Of a stretch of 64,000 nt of DNA, positions 1-9,751 are shown in pieces (position 1 is the stretch's first letter; every line of letters starts with the position of its first letter). The notes below the pieces were generated by a model. The model searched no databases. It was given only the letters and a program-made list of their open reading frames with translations, and was not told where the DNA came from. This DNA is from an uncultured Acidobacteriota bacterium (GTDB lineage: Bacteria; Acidobacteriota; Thermoanaerobaculia; UBA5066), in contig CAVZYA010000001.1 in NCBI GenBank assembly GCA_963779415.1, positions 1,568,001 through 1,632,000 on the forward strand. The letters run 5' to 3'. The position numbers and the translations under genes were made by a program.

Positions 1-1
1 T

Positions 2-2089
2 CCCGCCCGTCTTGACGTGGTCCATCTTCGCCGCGGAGCGGAAGACCGCCGTCGGCCCCCGCCGGTCCGCCCCCTGGACCGGAGAGATCCCCTCCGAGAG
101 GGGCCGTCCCGCCTTCCGGCCGTCGGGCGTCGCCCCCGTAACCGACCCGAAGTAGACGTGACAGGTCGTCGGGAGCATCTCGAGGCGGTACGTCCCTCCC
201 CGCGCGCTCGGCCGCCCGTCGATCGCCGCGAAGGCCGTCCGGAAGACGCGGACCATCAGGTCGTCGGCCGCGTCGTCGTCGTTCCCGTACTTGGGCATTT
301 TGTTCACGAGGCGCTGCCGGAGCGACTCCGTCCCCGCGAAGTCGGCGTCCATCGCCCCGACGAACGCCTCGAGCGGCATCGCCTTCTCCTCGAAGACGAA
401 GCGGCGGAGCGCGGCGAGGGAATCGGTGACCGTCCCGATCCCGACGGCCTGGATGAACGTGTTGTTGTAGCGCGCGCCGCCGGAGTTGTAGTCGCGCCCC
501 TTCGCGATGCAGTCGTCCGTCAGGACCGAAAGGAAGGGCGCCGGCATCTCCGTCGCGTAGAGCCGCTCGATGAGCTGGTTCCCCCGGATCTTCACCTCCA
601 CGAGGTGCCGGAGCTGGGCCTCGAACGCGCGGAATAGGTCGTCGAAGCTCCCGAACGCAGCCGCGAGGCCGGTCGCCGGGCCGAGGCGCTCACCGCTCCG
701 CGGATCGACTCCGTCGTGGAGCGCAAGCTCGAGCACCTTCACGAGGTTGAAGTAGCCGGTCAGGATGTAGGCCTCCTTGCCGAAGGCGCCCACCTCCACG
801 CACCCGCTGCACCCCCCAGCGCGGGCGTCCTCGAGCGTCTTCCCCTGCCGAAGCTGCTCCTCGACGACCGCGTCGGCATTGAAGAGGGAGGGGAATCCGT
901 ACCCCTTCCGGACGACGCGGAGGACCGCCTTGAGGACCGTGTCCGGGGTCTTCCGCGAGATCTGGGCGTTCGAGGAGGGCTGGAGGAGGTGCATCTCTCC
1001 GATCACGTCGAGTAGAAGGGTCGTCACCTCGTTCGAGCCGTCGGAGCCGTCCGGGAGGAGCCCGGCGAGATTGATGTTCGCGAAGTCCGTGTACGTCCCG
1101 CTCTCGGCCGCCGTCACTCCGACCTTCGGGGGGGCCGGATGGTTGTTGAACTTCACGAAGAAGCACTCGATCAGCTCCCGGGCCGACTCGCGCGTCAGGC
1201 TCCCGTCGGCGAGGCCCCGCCGATAGAACGGGAGGAGATGCTGGTCGAGGTGCCCCGGGCTGAAGGCGTCCCAGCCGTTCAGCTCGGTGATGACGCCGAG
1301 GTGGCAGAACCAGTACGACTGAAGCGCTTCGTGAAAATCGTGCGGCGGGTGCGCCGGGACACGGCGGCAGACCTCGGCGATGCGCCGGAGCTCCTTCTTC
1401 CGGTCCGGGTCCTTCTCCGACTCGGCGAGCTCCTCGGCGCGCGCGGCGTGCCGGCGAGCGAAGAGGAGGACCGCGTCGCACGCGATCTCCATCGCGGCCA
1501 GCTCTTCCCGTTTGTCGAGCGCACACGGGTCGCGCTCCTCGTCGAGAGCCGAGAGGGCCTTTGCGATCTCCGCCTTGAAATCGAGAAGACCCTTCCGGTA
1601 GATCTTGTCGTCCAGGACCGTGTGGCCGGGAGCACGCTGCTCCATGAACTCGGTGAAGACGCCCGCGCCGTACGCCGCGTGCCAGTCGGGAGGAAGAAGC
1701 GGAAAGATCCGGTCGCGGAGCGAACGGCCGCGCCAGAAGGGAATGACCGTTTTCTCGTACGCCTCGAGCATCCCGGGCGGAACGCGGTACGACGTGAGAG
1801 GGCGCGAGTCGAGGATCCGGAGGTCTTCGAGGCTGTGACAAGTCAGCTCGGGGTAAGTCGGCACCGCCTTCGGCCGCTCTCCGCGCTCGCCCACGATCAG
1901 CTCGCCCTCGCCGATCCAGATCGTCTTCCGCTCGCAGAGAAAGTGGAACGCCCTCGCGCGGAGGGCCGGCTTCGAGTGGCGTCCGAGATTCTCCCGATAG
2001 AACGCGGTCAGGAGCTCGGCACGCTCCGCCGACAGCGTGGGGACGGCGTCAAGACTCTCGCGGCGGAGCCGTTCGGTGCGGGGGTTCAT
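2..2089 (-). CDS. hypD: Glycyl radical enzyme, trans-4-hydroxy-L-proline dehydratase (C-terminus runs off the window)
   Basis: Missing from the ORF track because it is open at the edge. Manual translation from ATG 2089 (MNPRTERLRRES...) gives HypD-type motifs FMEQRAPGH, NGWDAFSPG, AESGTYTDFAN, SGCVE, LTGYFN and MLPTTCHVYFG. An activase gene lies directly upstream. Confidence 0.88.
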   Translation of the reverse strand, partial: MNPRTERLRRESLDAVPTLSAERAELLTAFYRENLGRHSKPALRARAFHFLCERKTIWIGEGELIVGERGERPKAVPTYPELTCHSLEDLRILDSRPLTSYRVPPGMLEAYEKTVIPFWRGRSLRDRIFPLLPPDWHAAYGAGVFTEFMEQRAPGHTVLDDKIYRKGLLDFKAEIAKALSALDEERDPCALDKREELAAMEIACDAVLLFARRHAARAEELAESEKDPDRKKELRRIAEVCRRVPAHPPHDFHEALQSYWFCHLGVITELNGWDAFSPGHLDQHLLPFYRRGLADGSLTRESARELIECFFVKFNNHPAPPKVGVTAAESGTYTDFANINLAGLLPDGSDGSNEVTTLLLDVIGEMHLLQPSSNAQISRKTPDTVLKAVLRVVRKGYGFPSLFNADAVVEEQLRQGKTLEDARAGGCSGCVEVGAFGKEAYILTGYFNLVKVLELALHDGVDPRSGERLGPATGLAAAFGSFDDLFRAFEAQLRHLVEVKIRGNQLIERLYATEMPAPFLSVLTDDCIAKGRDYNSGGARYNNTFIQAVGIGTVTDSLAALRRFVFEEKAMPLEAFVGAMDADFAGTESLRQRLVNKMPKYGNDDDAADDLMVRVFRTAFAAIDGRPSARGGTYRLEMLPTTCHVYFGSVTGATPDGRKAGRPLSEGISPVQGADRRGPTAVFRSAAKMDHVKTGG

Positions 2090-2093
2090 CGGG

Positions 2094-3020
2094 TCATCCT
2101 CCGATCGTCGTCGTCACGCCGGTGGGGACGAAGAGGGTGGCGAGCGCCGCCATCCGCTCGGGAGAGGGCGTCGCCACGCCAGCGAGCGGATCGGTCCGGC
2201 CGAGCCGAACTCTCTTTCCCGAGCCGGTTCGATGGTACGGGAGAAGGCTGATGCGTCGAATCGAAGGGGTCTTCGACGCGAGGCGGGCGACGGCCGTACA
2301 GAACTCCTCGTCGTCCGTCAGTCCCGGGATGACCGGAATCCTGATCCAGAGCGGAATGCCCCGCCCGGCCACGGCGGCGAGGTTCCCGAGTATCGTTTCG
2401 AGGGGTGCGCCGGTCAGGGCGAGATGCCGGTCCGGGTCGAGCGTCTTCAAGTCCCAGAGGAAGAGGTCTGTGCGCGCCGCCACCTCCAGGACGGCCTCGC
2501 GGGGGGCGAAACCGCAGGTGTCGACCGCGGTCTTCAGGCCCGCCGCGCGGCACGCCTCCAGGCAGCCGAGAAGAAATCCCCGCTGCGCAAGCGGCTCTCC
2601 GCCCGAAAACGTGATACCGCCCCCCGACTCCTCATAGACGGCCCGATCGCGCTCGACCTCGGCCACCAGCTCCTCGACGGAGAGGACTCGTCCGGCCACT
2701 TCCCGGGCCCCGGAGGGACATGCCTCGGCGCACCGCCGGCACCCCTCGCACCCCTCCTCCCCGAGGCTCCGTCCGGCCTCGAGGGGACCTCCCGGGCGGG
2801 GGCAGGCGTCGCGGCAGGCGCCGCAGGAAAGGCAACGGGACTCGGTCCAGAGGATTTCCGGGGAAGAGCCGATCCCTTCGGGGTTGTGGCACCAGGGGCA
2901 CCTCAAGGGGCACCCCTTGAGAAAGACGGTCGTCCGGATTCCCGGGCCGTCGTGGAACGATGCCCTCTGGACGTTGAAGACCGTCCCGACCGTCCCCCGG
3001 GGCGCCGGTTCCCCTCGCAT
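2094..3020 (-). CDS. Glycyl-radical enzyme activating protein (radical SAM with ferredoxin insert)
   Basis: HDGPGIRTTVFLKGCPLRCPWCHNPEG (CxxxCxxC), CLSCGACRDAC and CEGCRRCAEAC ferredoxin motifs, FSGGEP. Confidence 0.95.
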   Translation of the reverse strand: MRGEPAPRGTVGTVFNVQRASFHDGPGIRTTVFLKGCPLRCPWCHNPEGIGSSPEILWTESRCLSCGACRDACPRPGGPLEAGRSLGEEGCEGCRRCAEACPSGAREVAGRVLSVEELVAEVERDRAVYEESGGGITFSGGEPLAQRGFLLGCLEACRAAGLKTAVDTCGFAPREAVLEVAARTDLFLWDLKTLDPDRHLALTGAPLETILGNLAAVAGRGIPLWIRIPVIPGLTDDEEFCTAVARLASKTPSIRRISLLPYHRTGSGKRVRLGRTDPLAGVATPSPERMAALATLFVPTGVTTTIGG

Positions 3021-3128
3021 GACGACTCTGCTCCTGGCCCAGAGATTGCGACTGCGGGCGCCGCCCGTCTTGTACGATCCGGGCGGAGACGCTGCGCCTT
3101 CGGCACATCGCGCGTCCCCGAAAGCCTG

Positions 3129-3869
3129 ATGCGTTCCTCAAAGGAGCTCGAAGCCGCCCTCGATGCCGCGGGCTTCGCCCTGACGCTCTTCGACCGGCTT
3201 CCGGACGTGGTCTTCTTCGCCAAGGATGCCGTCGGGCGTTACGTCGCCGTGAACTCGACGCTCGTCCGGCGGCTCGGCTGGAATCATCCGTCCCAGCTTC
3301 TCGGCCGGACGGCGCGCGACCTCTTTCCCGCCCCGCTTGGCGAGCGCTACCTCGCCCAGGACCTCGGCCTCCTCCGGAGCGGGAGCGAGGTCGTGGACCT
3401 CCTCGAGCTTCACCTCTATCCGGACCGGCGGGAAGGGTGGTGCGTCACGAACAAGGTCCCGATCCGGGGGAGCTCAGGGCGAACCATCGGCCTCGTGGGG
3501 ACGTCACGCGACGTGCGGGCGCCCGCGCAGGGGTCGGAGGAGTTCGCCGATCTCGCGGAAGCGGTCCGGACGATCCAGGAGGAGTTCCACCATTCGCTCC
3601 ACGTCGAGGAGCTCGCCGCGCTCGCACGGATCTCTCCCTGGCAGCTCACCCGGCGGACCCGGACCCTTTTCGGCCTCACCCCGACGCAGCTCATCATCCG
3701 GACCCGCCTCGACGCCGCACGGCGGATGCTCGCGAGCCACGACGAATCGATCGGCCAGATCGCCGTCGCGTGCGGTTACTGCGACCAGAGCGCGTTCACC
3801 CGCCAGTTCAAGGCCTCAGTCGGCCTCACGCCGGCCCAGTACCGCGAGCGGACCGCGCCGGCGCCCTAG
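3129..3869 (+). CDS. AraC-family transcriptional regulator with N-terminal PAS domain
   Basis: LFDRLPDVVFFAKDAVGRYVAVN PAS-like region; C-terminal IAVACGYCDQSAFTRQFKASVGLTPAQYR AraC HTH. ATG 3129 chosen over the long track ORF. Confidence 0.9.
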   Translation: MRSSKELEAALDAAGFALTLFDRLPDVVFFAKDAVGRYVAVNSTLVRRLGWNHPSQLLGRTARDLFPAPLGERYLAQDLGLLRSGSEVVDLLELHLYPDRREGWCVTNKVPIRGSSGRTIGLVGTSRDVRAPAQGSEEFADLAEAVRTIQEEFHHSLHVEELAALARISPWQLTRRTRTLFGLTPTQLIIRTRLDAARRMLASHDESIGQIAVACGYCDQSAFTRQFKASVGLTPAQYRERTAPAP

Positions 3870-3890
3870 TTCGCGGACGCCCGACGAAGG

Positions 3891-5561
3891 TCATTCCTCG
3901 AGGAGCTCCCTCGCGAAAGAGATCGGGACGCCGAAGCTGGCGCCGCCGAAGTCGCGGAGAAACGCCGCGTTGACGCCGATCACTTTCCCTCGCTGGTTGA
4001 AAACGGGTCCACCGCTTCCCCCGAGCGCCGTCGAGGCGTCGTACGTGAGGCGGTTCTCCAGGATGTCGCCGAGGTGCCCCTGCGTGGCCAGCGGGCGAAT
4101 CAGGTGACGCCGGGCCAGCTCGGCGGAGATCTTCTCCTCGTCGCCCTCGACCGCCGACACGATCGGGTCGACGACCGTCTCGTCGAGCCGGGCCAGAAGC
4201 GCGTCGAGGCCGGTCGGATATCCGATCAGGATCACCGGCTGGCCCGGACGTGTCGTGCGCGGGTCCTTCTCGATCTGAAGCACCGGGAGCCGCTTCCCTC
4301 CGAGGTCTCCCCGGACCAGCGCCACGTCGGCCTTCGTCGAGACCCGGAGGACCTCCAGCTTCACGGGGTCGGGCAGCGCCGGGAAGTACGCCCTCAGCGC
4401 CTCGAGGCGGGGACGGAATCCTTTCTCGGCGAGCTCCCTGGCCTCCGCGTCCTGCCACCAGGGTTCGGCCACGTGACGGTTCGTGAGGAGTTCCCCCTTC
4501 TCGGAGACCAGAAAGGCGGTTCCCGTATACCTCCGTCGGTGAATGGAGCCCACACCGGCCGTCGTATAGAGGCCCTGACCTTCGGCGCCGATCCGGAGCT
4601 CCCCCTTCTCGATCACGATCTCACGGAGCGGCTCCCCCTCGGCGTCGGCGTAGGTGAAAGCCCCTTCGACGAGCGCCACCCCGCCCGACATGTCCCGGAT
4701 GACCGCCTCGGCCTGCGTTCGTTCACGCTCCTGGGCGGCGATCCTCCGGGCATTGCTCGCGAGGCTCCGCTGCAGATCGGCGATCTCCCTTCCCCGGGAC
4801 GAGGCGCTCGCCTCGGCCTCCGAGAGCCGCTCCTTCAGGATCCGCTGCTGTTCGAGAAGCGCCGCGACCTGGCGCCTCGTCTCCTCATCGTGGTCCGCCA
4901 GAAGCGACGCGACCCTCCGCCTCTCCTCGGCCAGCTCCGCCCGGAGACTCGCCAGCGAGCGCCTGTCCGAGGCGGACTCCGACCTCACCTGGACCACCTG
5001 CTTCTCCAGCCGGCGTCGCGAGACGACGCTCTGGACGAGGACCGCGCCGCTCGCCACGAGCGAGAGCGCGAGGACGCCAATCAGTACGGCACGCGCGCGC
5101 GACGACGTGTCCCGGACGAGCGCGCGAGGCATTTCGCGAAGAACCCCGGACACCCTGCGGCCCGGCGACGCGCCGAGCCGCCCCGCTTTCCGGACGGAGT
5201 CCCGAAGGGCGATCCGGACGGGCTTCTGGACCTCGCCGTCGGCCGCTTCCACGCGGAGGCGGAGTCTCGGGCCGCCGGACCCGAACTGCAGGTGGTCCCC
5301 GTCCAGCAGCATGACCTCGTCGACCTGTCGATCGTTGACGAACGTTCCGCCGGCCGTTCCGAGGTCTTTCAGGTAATACTCGAAGTTGTCGCGGAAGATC
5401 TCCGCCTGCGGAACGGCGGCGGGATCCGGATCGAGCCTCACGTCGCTCGACGGACCCCCCCCGACGACGAACCGCGTCTTGTCGATGCTCTGCGTTTCGC
5501 CCGCCAGCGGCCCGGAAAGGTGTGTCAGGACGGCTCTCAGATGACGGACCTCCTCCGGCAG
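3891..5561 (-). CDS. FHA-like domain + TM helix + coiled coil + trypsin-like (S1C) serine protease; start probably CTG (5561 or 5540)
   Basis: C-terminal part of track ORF 3891..9377. Triad motifs LLTNRHV, ADVALV, GGSGGPV; FHA-like YLKDLGTAGGTFVND..LLDGDHLQFG; hydrophobic AVLIGVLALSLVASGAVLV. Confidence 0.8.
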   Translation of the reverse strand: MPEEVRHLRAVLTHLSGPLAGETQSIDKTRFVVGGGPSSDVRLDPDPAAVPQAEIFRDNFEYYLKDLGTAGGTFVNDRQVDEVMLLDGDHLQFGSGGPRLRLRVEAADGEVQKPVRIALRDSVRKAGRLGASPGRRVSGVLREMPRALVRDTSSRARAVLIGVLALSLVASGAVLVQSVVSRRRLEKQVVQVRSESASDRRSLASLRAELAEERRRVASLLADHDEETRRQVAALLEQQRILKERLSEAEASASSRGREIADLQRSLASNARRIAAQERERTQAEAVIRDMSGGVALVEGAFTYADAEGEPLREIVIEKGELRIGAEGQGLYTTAGVGSIHRRRYTGTAFLVSEKGELLTNRHVAEPWWQDAEARELAEKGFRPRLEALRAYFPALPDPVKLEVLRVSTKADVALVRGDLGGKRLPVLQIEKDPRTTRPGQPVILIGYPTGLDALLARLDETVVDPIVSAVEGDEEKISAELARRHLIRPLATQGHLGDILENRLTYDASTALGGSGGPVFNQRGKVIGVNAAFLRDFGGASFGVPISFARELLEE

Positions 5562-5633
5562 CGCCAGATCCTCCGTACACGATAGTCCGTAAAACTTCAG
5601 ACGCCATAATGCGTATCTCGCGTGGAGGTATAC

Positions 5634-8600
5634 ATGCGCCATCTCTTCCGGGTCCTCGGCGTGGCTCTCCTTCTGCACACCGGTCTCCTGCAGGCCCTGA
5701 CGGTGGACGAGATCGCCGCCCGCCACATCGAGGCGCGCGGCGGGATGGAGAAGATCCGGGCCATCCGGTCGCTCCGCCTCACCGGAAAGGTCCTTTTCGG
5801 CGGGGGCGACTTCTCGATCAACGTGGCCTTTGCCCGGGCGGTCGAGCGCCCGGGGCTTCTTCGCGACGAGATCACGCTGCAGGGGCTGACCGCCGTGGAC
5901 GCCTGGGACGGGAAGGACGCCTGGAGCGTCCAGCCCTTCGAGGGCCGCCGCGATCCCTACCGGGCCGCGGCCGACGAGGCGCGCGCCCGCGCCGAGGAAG
6001 CCGACTTCGAGGGGCCGCTCGTCGGGTGGCGCGAGAAGGGGAACACCGTGGAGTACCTCGGGACCGAGGACGTGGACGGGACGCCGGCCCTCAAGCTCCG
6101 CGTCACGCTCAAAGACGGCAACGTCGTGACCCTCTACCTCGACCCCGACCTCTACTTGACGATCCGGGAGGCCCGCAAGCGGTTCGTCCGCGGGACCGAG
6201 CAGCTCCAGGAGTCCGACTTCGGGAGCTACGGACCGATCGCCGGCGTCCTCTTCCCGTTCTCGATCGAGTCGGGCGCGCCGAACCGGCCGCGCATGTCGA
6301 AGCTGACGATCGAGACGGCCGAGGCGAACGTCGAGTTCGACCCGTCGCTCTTCCGCTTCCCCGCCGCCGGAGCCGCGGTGACCCGCGCGATCCTCCCCGG
6401 GCCGAACGCGAAGGTCGAGGCCGCGAAGGCGACGCCCCGCCCGGCGGCCGCGGGGGCGCCGGTCCTCGACGCCGGCATCCTCTCCGGCCTCGGCGCCCGG
6501 AACATCGGGTCGGCCACGATGAGCGGCCGGATCTCGGCCCTCGACGCGCACAACAAGGGGGGGAAGACGACCTTCTTCGTCGGCGCGGCGAGCGGCGGCG
6601 TCTGGCGGTCGATCGACGGCGGGACGACCTTCCGCCCGGTCTTCGACAAGATGCCGGTCCAGTCGATCGGAGCCATCACGATCGACCCGACGAACCCGAA
6701 AACGGTCTGGGTCGGGACGGGCGAGAGCTGGGTGCGGAACTCCGTCTCCGTCGGCGACGGGATCTACAAGTCGACGGACGGGGGCGAGACCTGGACGAAC
6801 ATGGGGCTCCCCGAGTCGGAACGGATCGTCCGGATCCTCGTCCACCCGAAGGACGGGAACGTCGTCTACGCCTGCGTCCCCGGAAAGCTCTGGAGCGACA
6901 GCGCCGACCGCGGCCTCTACAAGACGACCGACGGCGGGAAGAACTGGTCGCTCGTCCTTCCGGGCCCGAACCTCTCGACGGGGTGCGGCTCGGTGACGAT
7001 GGACCCGAAGGACCCCGAGGTCCTCTTCGCCTCCCTCTGGGACTTCCGCCGGAAGGGGTGGACTTTCCGCTCCGGCGGCGACGGCCCGAAGGCCCCGAGC
7101 GGGAGCGGCCTCTTCCGGACGGCCGACGGCGGGAAGAGCTGGACGCCCTTGACCTCCGCGTCGAACAAGGGGCTCCCGCCGGCGCCCTGGGGGCGCGTCG
7201 AGGCGGCGTTCGCCCCCTCCGACCCGAAGGTCGTTTACGCCCTCGTCGAGGACACCGACTCGGCCCTCTACCGCTCGGCCGACGGCGGCGCCACGTGGGA
7301 GGCGCGCGACAAGAGCCAGGGGATGGTCTGGCGCCCCTTCTACTTCGCGCGGCTCATCGTCGACCCGAAGAACCCTGACAAGGTCTGGAAGCCCGGCCTC
7401 GGCCTGACGGTCAGCGAGGACGGGGGGCGGAGCTTCGCATACAGCGGAGGGCGCGCCCACGGCGACTGGCACGACGTCTGGGTCGACCCGGACAACCCGC
7501 AGCACGTGGCCGGCGGGGACGACGGCGGGTTCTGGATCTCGTGGGACGGCGGGACGCGCTGGTGGAAGACCGGCAACCTGCCCGTCTCGCAGTTCTACCA
7601 CGTGAGCGTCGACGCCAAGGACCCCTACCACGTCTACGGCGGCCTCCAGGACAACAGCAACTGGGTCGGCGACTCCTTCTACGGCGGCGGCATCACGAAC
7701 GCGCGCTGGGAGAACCTCGGAGGAGGGGACGGCTTCTGGGTGGTCGTCGACCCGTCCGACCCGAACATCGTCTACGCCGAGTCGCAGGGGGGCTACGTCA
7801 CGCGCGTCGACCGGCGGACCGACGCCTCGCGCGACATCCAGCCGAAGGCCCTCTACAAGGAGAAGCTCCGCTTCAACTGGAACACGCCGCTCGCCGTGAG
7901 CCCGACCGACGGCAAGTCCGTCTACATCGGCTCGCAGTACCTCTTCCGGACGCGGGACAAAGGGGACACCTGGGAGCGGATCTCGCCGGACCTGACGACG
8001 AACGACCCGGAGAAGCAGAAGCAGGAGGAGTCCGGGGGCGTCACGGTCGACAACTCGTCGGCCGAGATGTACACGACGATCTACTCGATCTCCGAGTCGC
8101 CGAAGGATCCGAGCGTGATCTGGGTCGGGACGGACGACGGAAACGTCCAATTGACGCGCGACGGCGGGAAGAGCTGGACGAACGTCGTCGGGAACGTCCC
8201 GGGCCTGCCGAAGGGGGCGTGGGTGAGCTGGGTGGAGGCGAGCCGCTACGACGCCGCGACCGCCTACGCCACCTTCGACCGGCATACCTACGGCGACGTG
8301 TCGCCGTGGGCCTACCGGACGACCGACTACGGGAAGAGCTGGACGCGGATCGTCGGCCCCGCGAGCGGAGTCCGCGGTTACGCCCACGTGATCCGGGAAG
8401 ACACGGTCAAGCCGACCCTCCTCTTCCTCGGCACGGAGAAGGGCCTCTTCATCTCCGTCGACGGCGGCGGGCAGTGGGCCGAGTTCAAGGGCGGGGAGTT
8501 CCCGAGCGTCGCTGTCCGCGACCTCGTGGTCCAGCCGCGCGAGAACGACCTCGTGATCGGGACGCACGGGCGGGGGATCTGGATCGTGGACGACCTGACG

Positions 8601-9491
8601 CCGCTGCGCGCCCTCGGCCCCGAGGTCCTCGCGAAGGACGCCGCCTTCCTCCCGGGCCGCCCCGTCCAGCAGCGGATGGGGGCCGTGGGAGGCTGGGTCG
8701 AAGGGGACGCCGCCTTCGTCGGCGAGAACCCGCCCGGCGGCGCCGTCATCACCTACTACCAGAGGACCCGCCATCTCCTCGGGCCGATCAAGCTCGAGAT
8801 CCTCGACGCGTCCGGCAAGGTCGTCGCGACGCTGAACCCGCCCAAGCGCCGCGGTATCAACCGCGTCACCTGGTCGATGCAGGTCCCGCCGCCGCGCGTG
8901 CCGCGGGCGGCCACGCTCGCCTTCGGCGCCTCGCAGGGGCCGAGGGTTCTCCCGGGTGTTTACTCGGTCCGGCTCACGAAGGGGAGCGAGGTCATCGAGG
9001 GGACGCTTCCGATCGGCCTCGACCGCCGGGCCCCTTACACGGCGGCCGACCGGAAGGAGCAGTTCGACGCCGCGATGCGCGTTCACGCCCTCTTCGGCGA
9101 CATGAGCGCCCTCGTCGACAAGATCGAGGCTTCGAAGGGCGCCGCCGACGCGAGGGCGAAGGCGGTCGGGGACGCGGACGCCCTGAAGCCGAAGCTCGCG
9201 ACGCTCTCGGGAAAGCTCGAGGAGGTCCGGAAGAAGATCGTCGCGACAAAGGAAGGGGGCGCGATCACGGGCGAGGAGCGGATCCGCGAGCATGCGGACC
9301 TCCTCTATTCGGCGCTCCTCGGCTGGGAAGGGAAGCCGGCCGCCTACCAGGTCGCGCGGATCGACGCCCTCCGGCACGAGCTGGACGACGTCGCGAAGGT
9401 GTATGCGGAGATCTCGGTGAAGGAGATCGCGCCGCTGAACGCCGAACTCGGGAAGAAGGGCCTCGCCGCGATCCCGGCCGGGACGCCGTGA
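5634..9491 (+). CDS. Secreted VPS10/BNR-repeat beta-propeller (glycosyl hydrolase-like) protein with N-terminal LolA-like domain
   Basis: SD GGAGGT before ATG 5634; signal peptide; many S/TxDGGxT/SW Asp-box repeats; RNIGSATMSGRI and GTHGRGIWIVDD. Confidence 0.85.
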   Translation: MRHLFRVLGVALLLHTGLLQALTVDEIAARHIEARGGMEKIRAIRSLRLTGKVLFGGGDFSINVAFARAVERPGLLRDEITLQGLTAVDAWDGKDAWSVQPFEGRRDPYRAAADEARARAEEADFEGPLVGWREKGNTVEYLGTEDVDGTPALKLRVTLKDGNVVTLYLDPDLYLTIREARKRFVRGTEQLQESDFGSYGPIAGVLFPFSIESGAPNRPRMSKLTIETAEANVEFDPSLFRFPAAGAAVTRAILPGPNAKVEAAKATPRPAAAGAPVLDAGILSGLGARNIGSATMSGRISALDAHNKGGKTTFFVGAASGGVWRSIDGGTTFRPVFDKMPVQSIGAITIDPTNPKTVWVGTGESWVRNSVSVGDGIYKSTDGGETWTNMGLPESERIVRILVHPKDGNVVYACVPGKLWSDSADRGLYKTTDGGKNWSLVLPGPNLSTGCGSVTMDPKDPEVLFASLWDFRRKGWTFRSGGDGPKAPSGSGLFRTADGGKSWTPLTSASNKGLPPAPWGRVEAAFAPSDPKVVYALVEDTDSALYRSADGGATWEARDKSQGMVWRPFYFARLIVDPKNPDKVWKPGLGLTVSEDGGRSFAYSGGRAHGDWHDVWVDPDNPQHVAGGDDGGFWISWDGGTRWWKTGNLPVSQFYHVSVDAKDPYHVYGGLQDNSNWVGDSFYGGGITNARWENLGGGDGFWVVVDPSDPNIVYAESQGGYVTRVDRRTDASRDIQPKALYKEKLRFNWNTPLAVSPTDGKSVYIGSQYLFRTRDKGDTWERISPDLTTNDPEKQKQEESGGVTVDNSSAEMYTTIYSISESPKDPSVIWVGTDDGNVQLTRDGGKSWTNVVGNVPGLPKGAWVSWVEASRYDAATAYATFDRHTYGDVSPWAYRTTDYGKSWTRIVGPASGVRGYAHVIREDTVKPTLLFLGTEKGLFISVDGGGQWAEFKGGEFPSVAVRDLVVQPRENDLVIGTHGRGIWIVDDLTPLRALGPEVLAKDAAFLPGRPVQQRMGAVGGWVEGDAAFVGENPPGGAVITYYQRTRHLLGPIKLEILDASGKVVATLNPPKRRGINRVTWSMQVPPPRVPRAATLAFGASQGPRVLPGVYSVRLTKGSEVIEGTLPIGLDRRAPYTAADRKEQFDAAMRVHALFGDMSALVDKIEASKGAADARAKAVGDADALKPKLATLSGKLEEVRKKIVATKEGGAITGEERIREHADLLYSALLGWEGKPAAYQVARIDALRHELDDVAKVYAEISVKEIAPLNAELGKKGLAAIPAGTP

Positions 9492-9517
9492 GGTCCGCGA
9501 GTCTCTACAATCGGGCC

Positions 9518-9751
9518 ATGACAGCGAAGAAGAGCGTCGTCATCTTCGGCAAGGACACCTGACCGCACACGACGGCGGCCCGTGAGGACTTCGCCGCGCG
9601 CGGATACCGGGTCGACTACCGGAACGCGAAGGAGTCGCCCGGGGACCTCGAGGAGATGCTCCGCCGGACGAACGGCCGGCGGCAGGTCCCCGTCATCGTC
9701 GAGGGAGACGTCGTCTCGATCGGATTCGACGGAGGAGCCTGAGGGATCTGA
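9518..9751 (+). CDS. Glutaredoxin-like selenoprotein with two Sec (UXX-star type), 77 aa
   Basis: MTAKKSVVIFGKDT-U-PHTTAAREDFAARGYRVDYRNAKESPGDLEEMLRRTNGRRQVPVIVEGDVVSIGFDGGA-U-GI*. UGA at 9560 and 9740, each followed by a hairpin; Grx VP (cis-Pro) motif and IGF. Confidence 0.8.
9563..9603 (+). promoter_or_regulatory. Putative SECIS element for UGA 9560
   Basis: Stem CGGCGG/TCGCCG capped by CC-GTGA-GG; G-initiated apical loop about 19 nt after the UGA. Confidence 0.5.

Noticed and set aside
2-2089. Pyruvate formate-lyase call for the glycyl radical enzyme
   Set aside because: Single-Cys GCVE loop rather than the CC pair, and HypD-specific motifs are present.
3891-9377. 1828-aa minus-strand ORF as one giant protein
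   Set aside because: The first ~1270 aa are the antisense shadow of the VPS10 gene; only the last ~555 aa have recognisable domains.
9560-9562. UGA as a nonsense mutation or a genome-wide recoded stop
   Set aside because: UGA terminates many genes in the window, while this one sits at the redox Cys position with a hairpin, favouring Sec.
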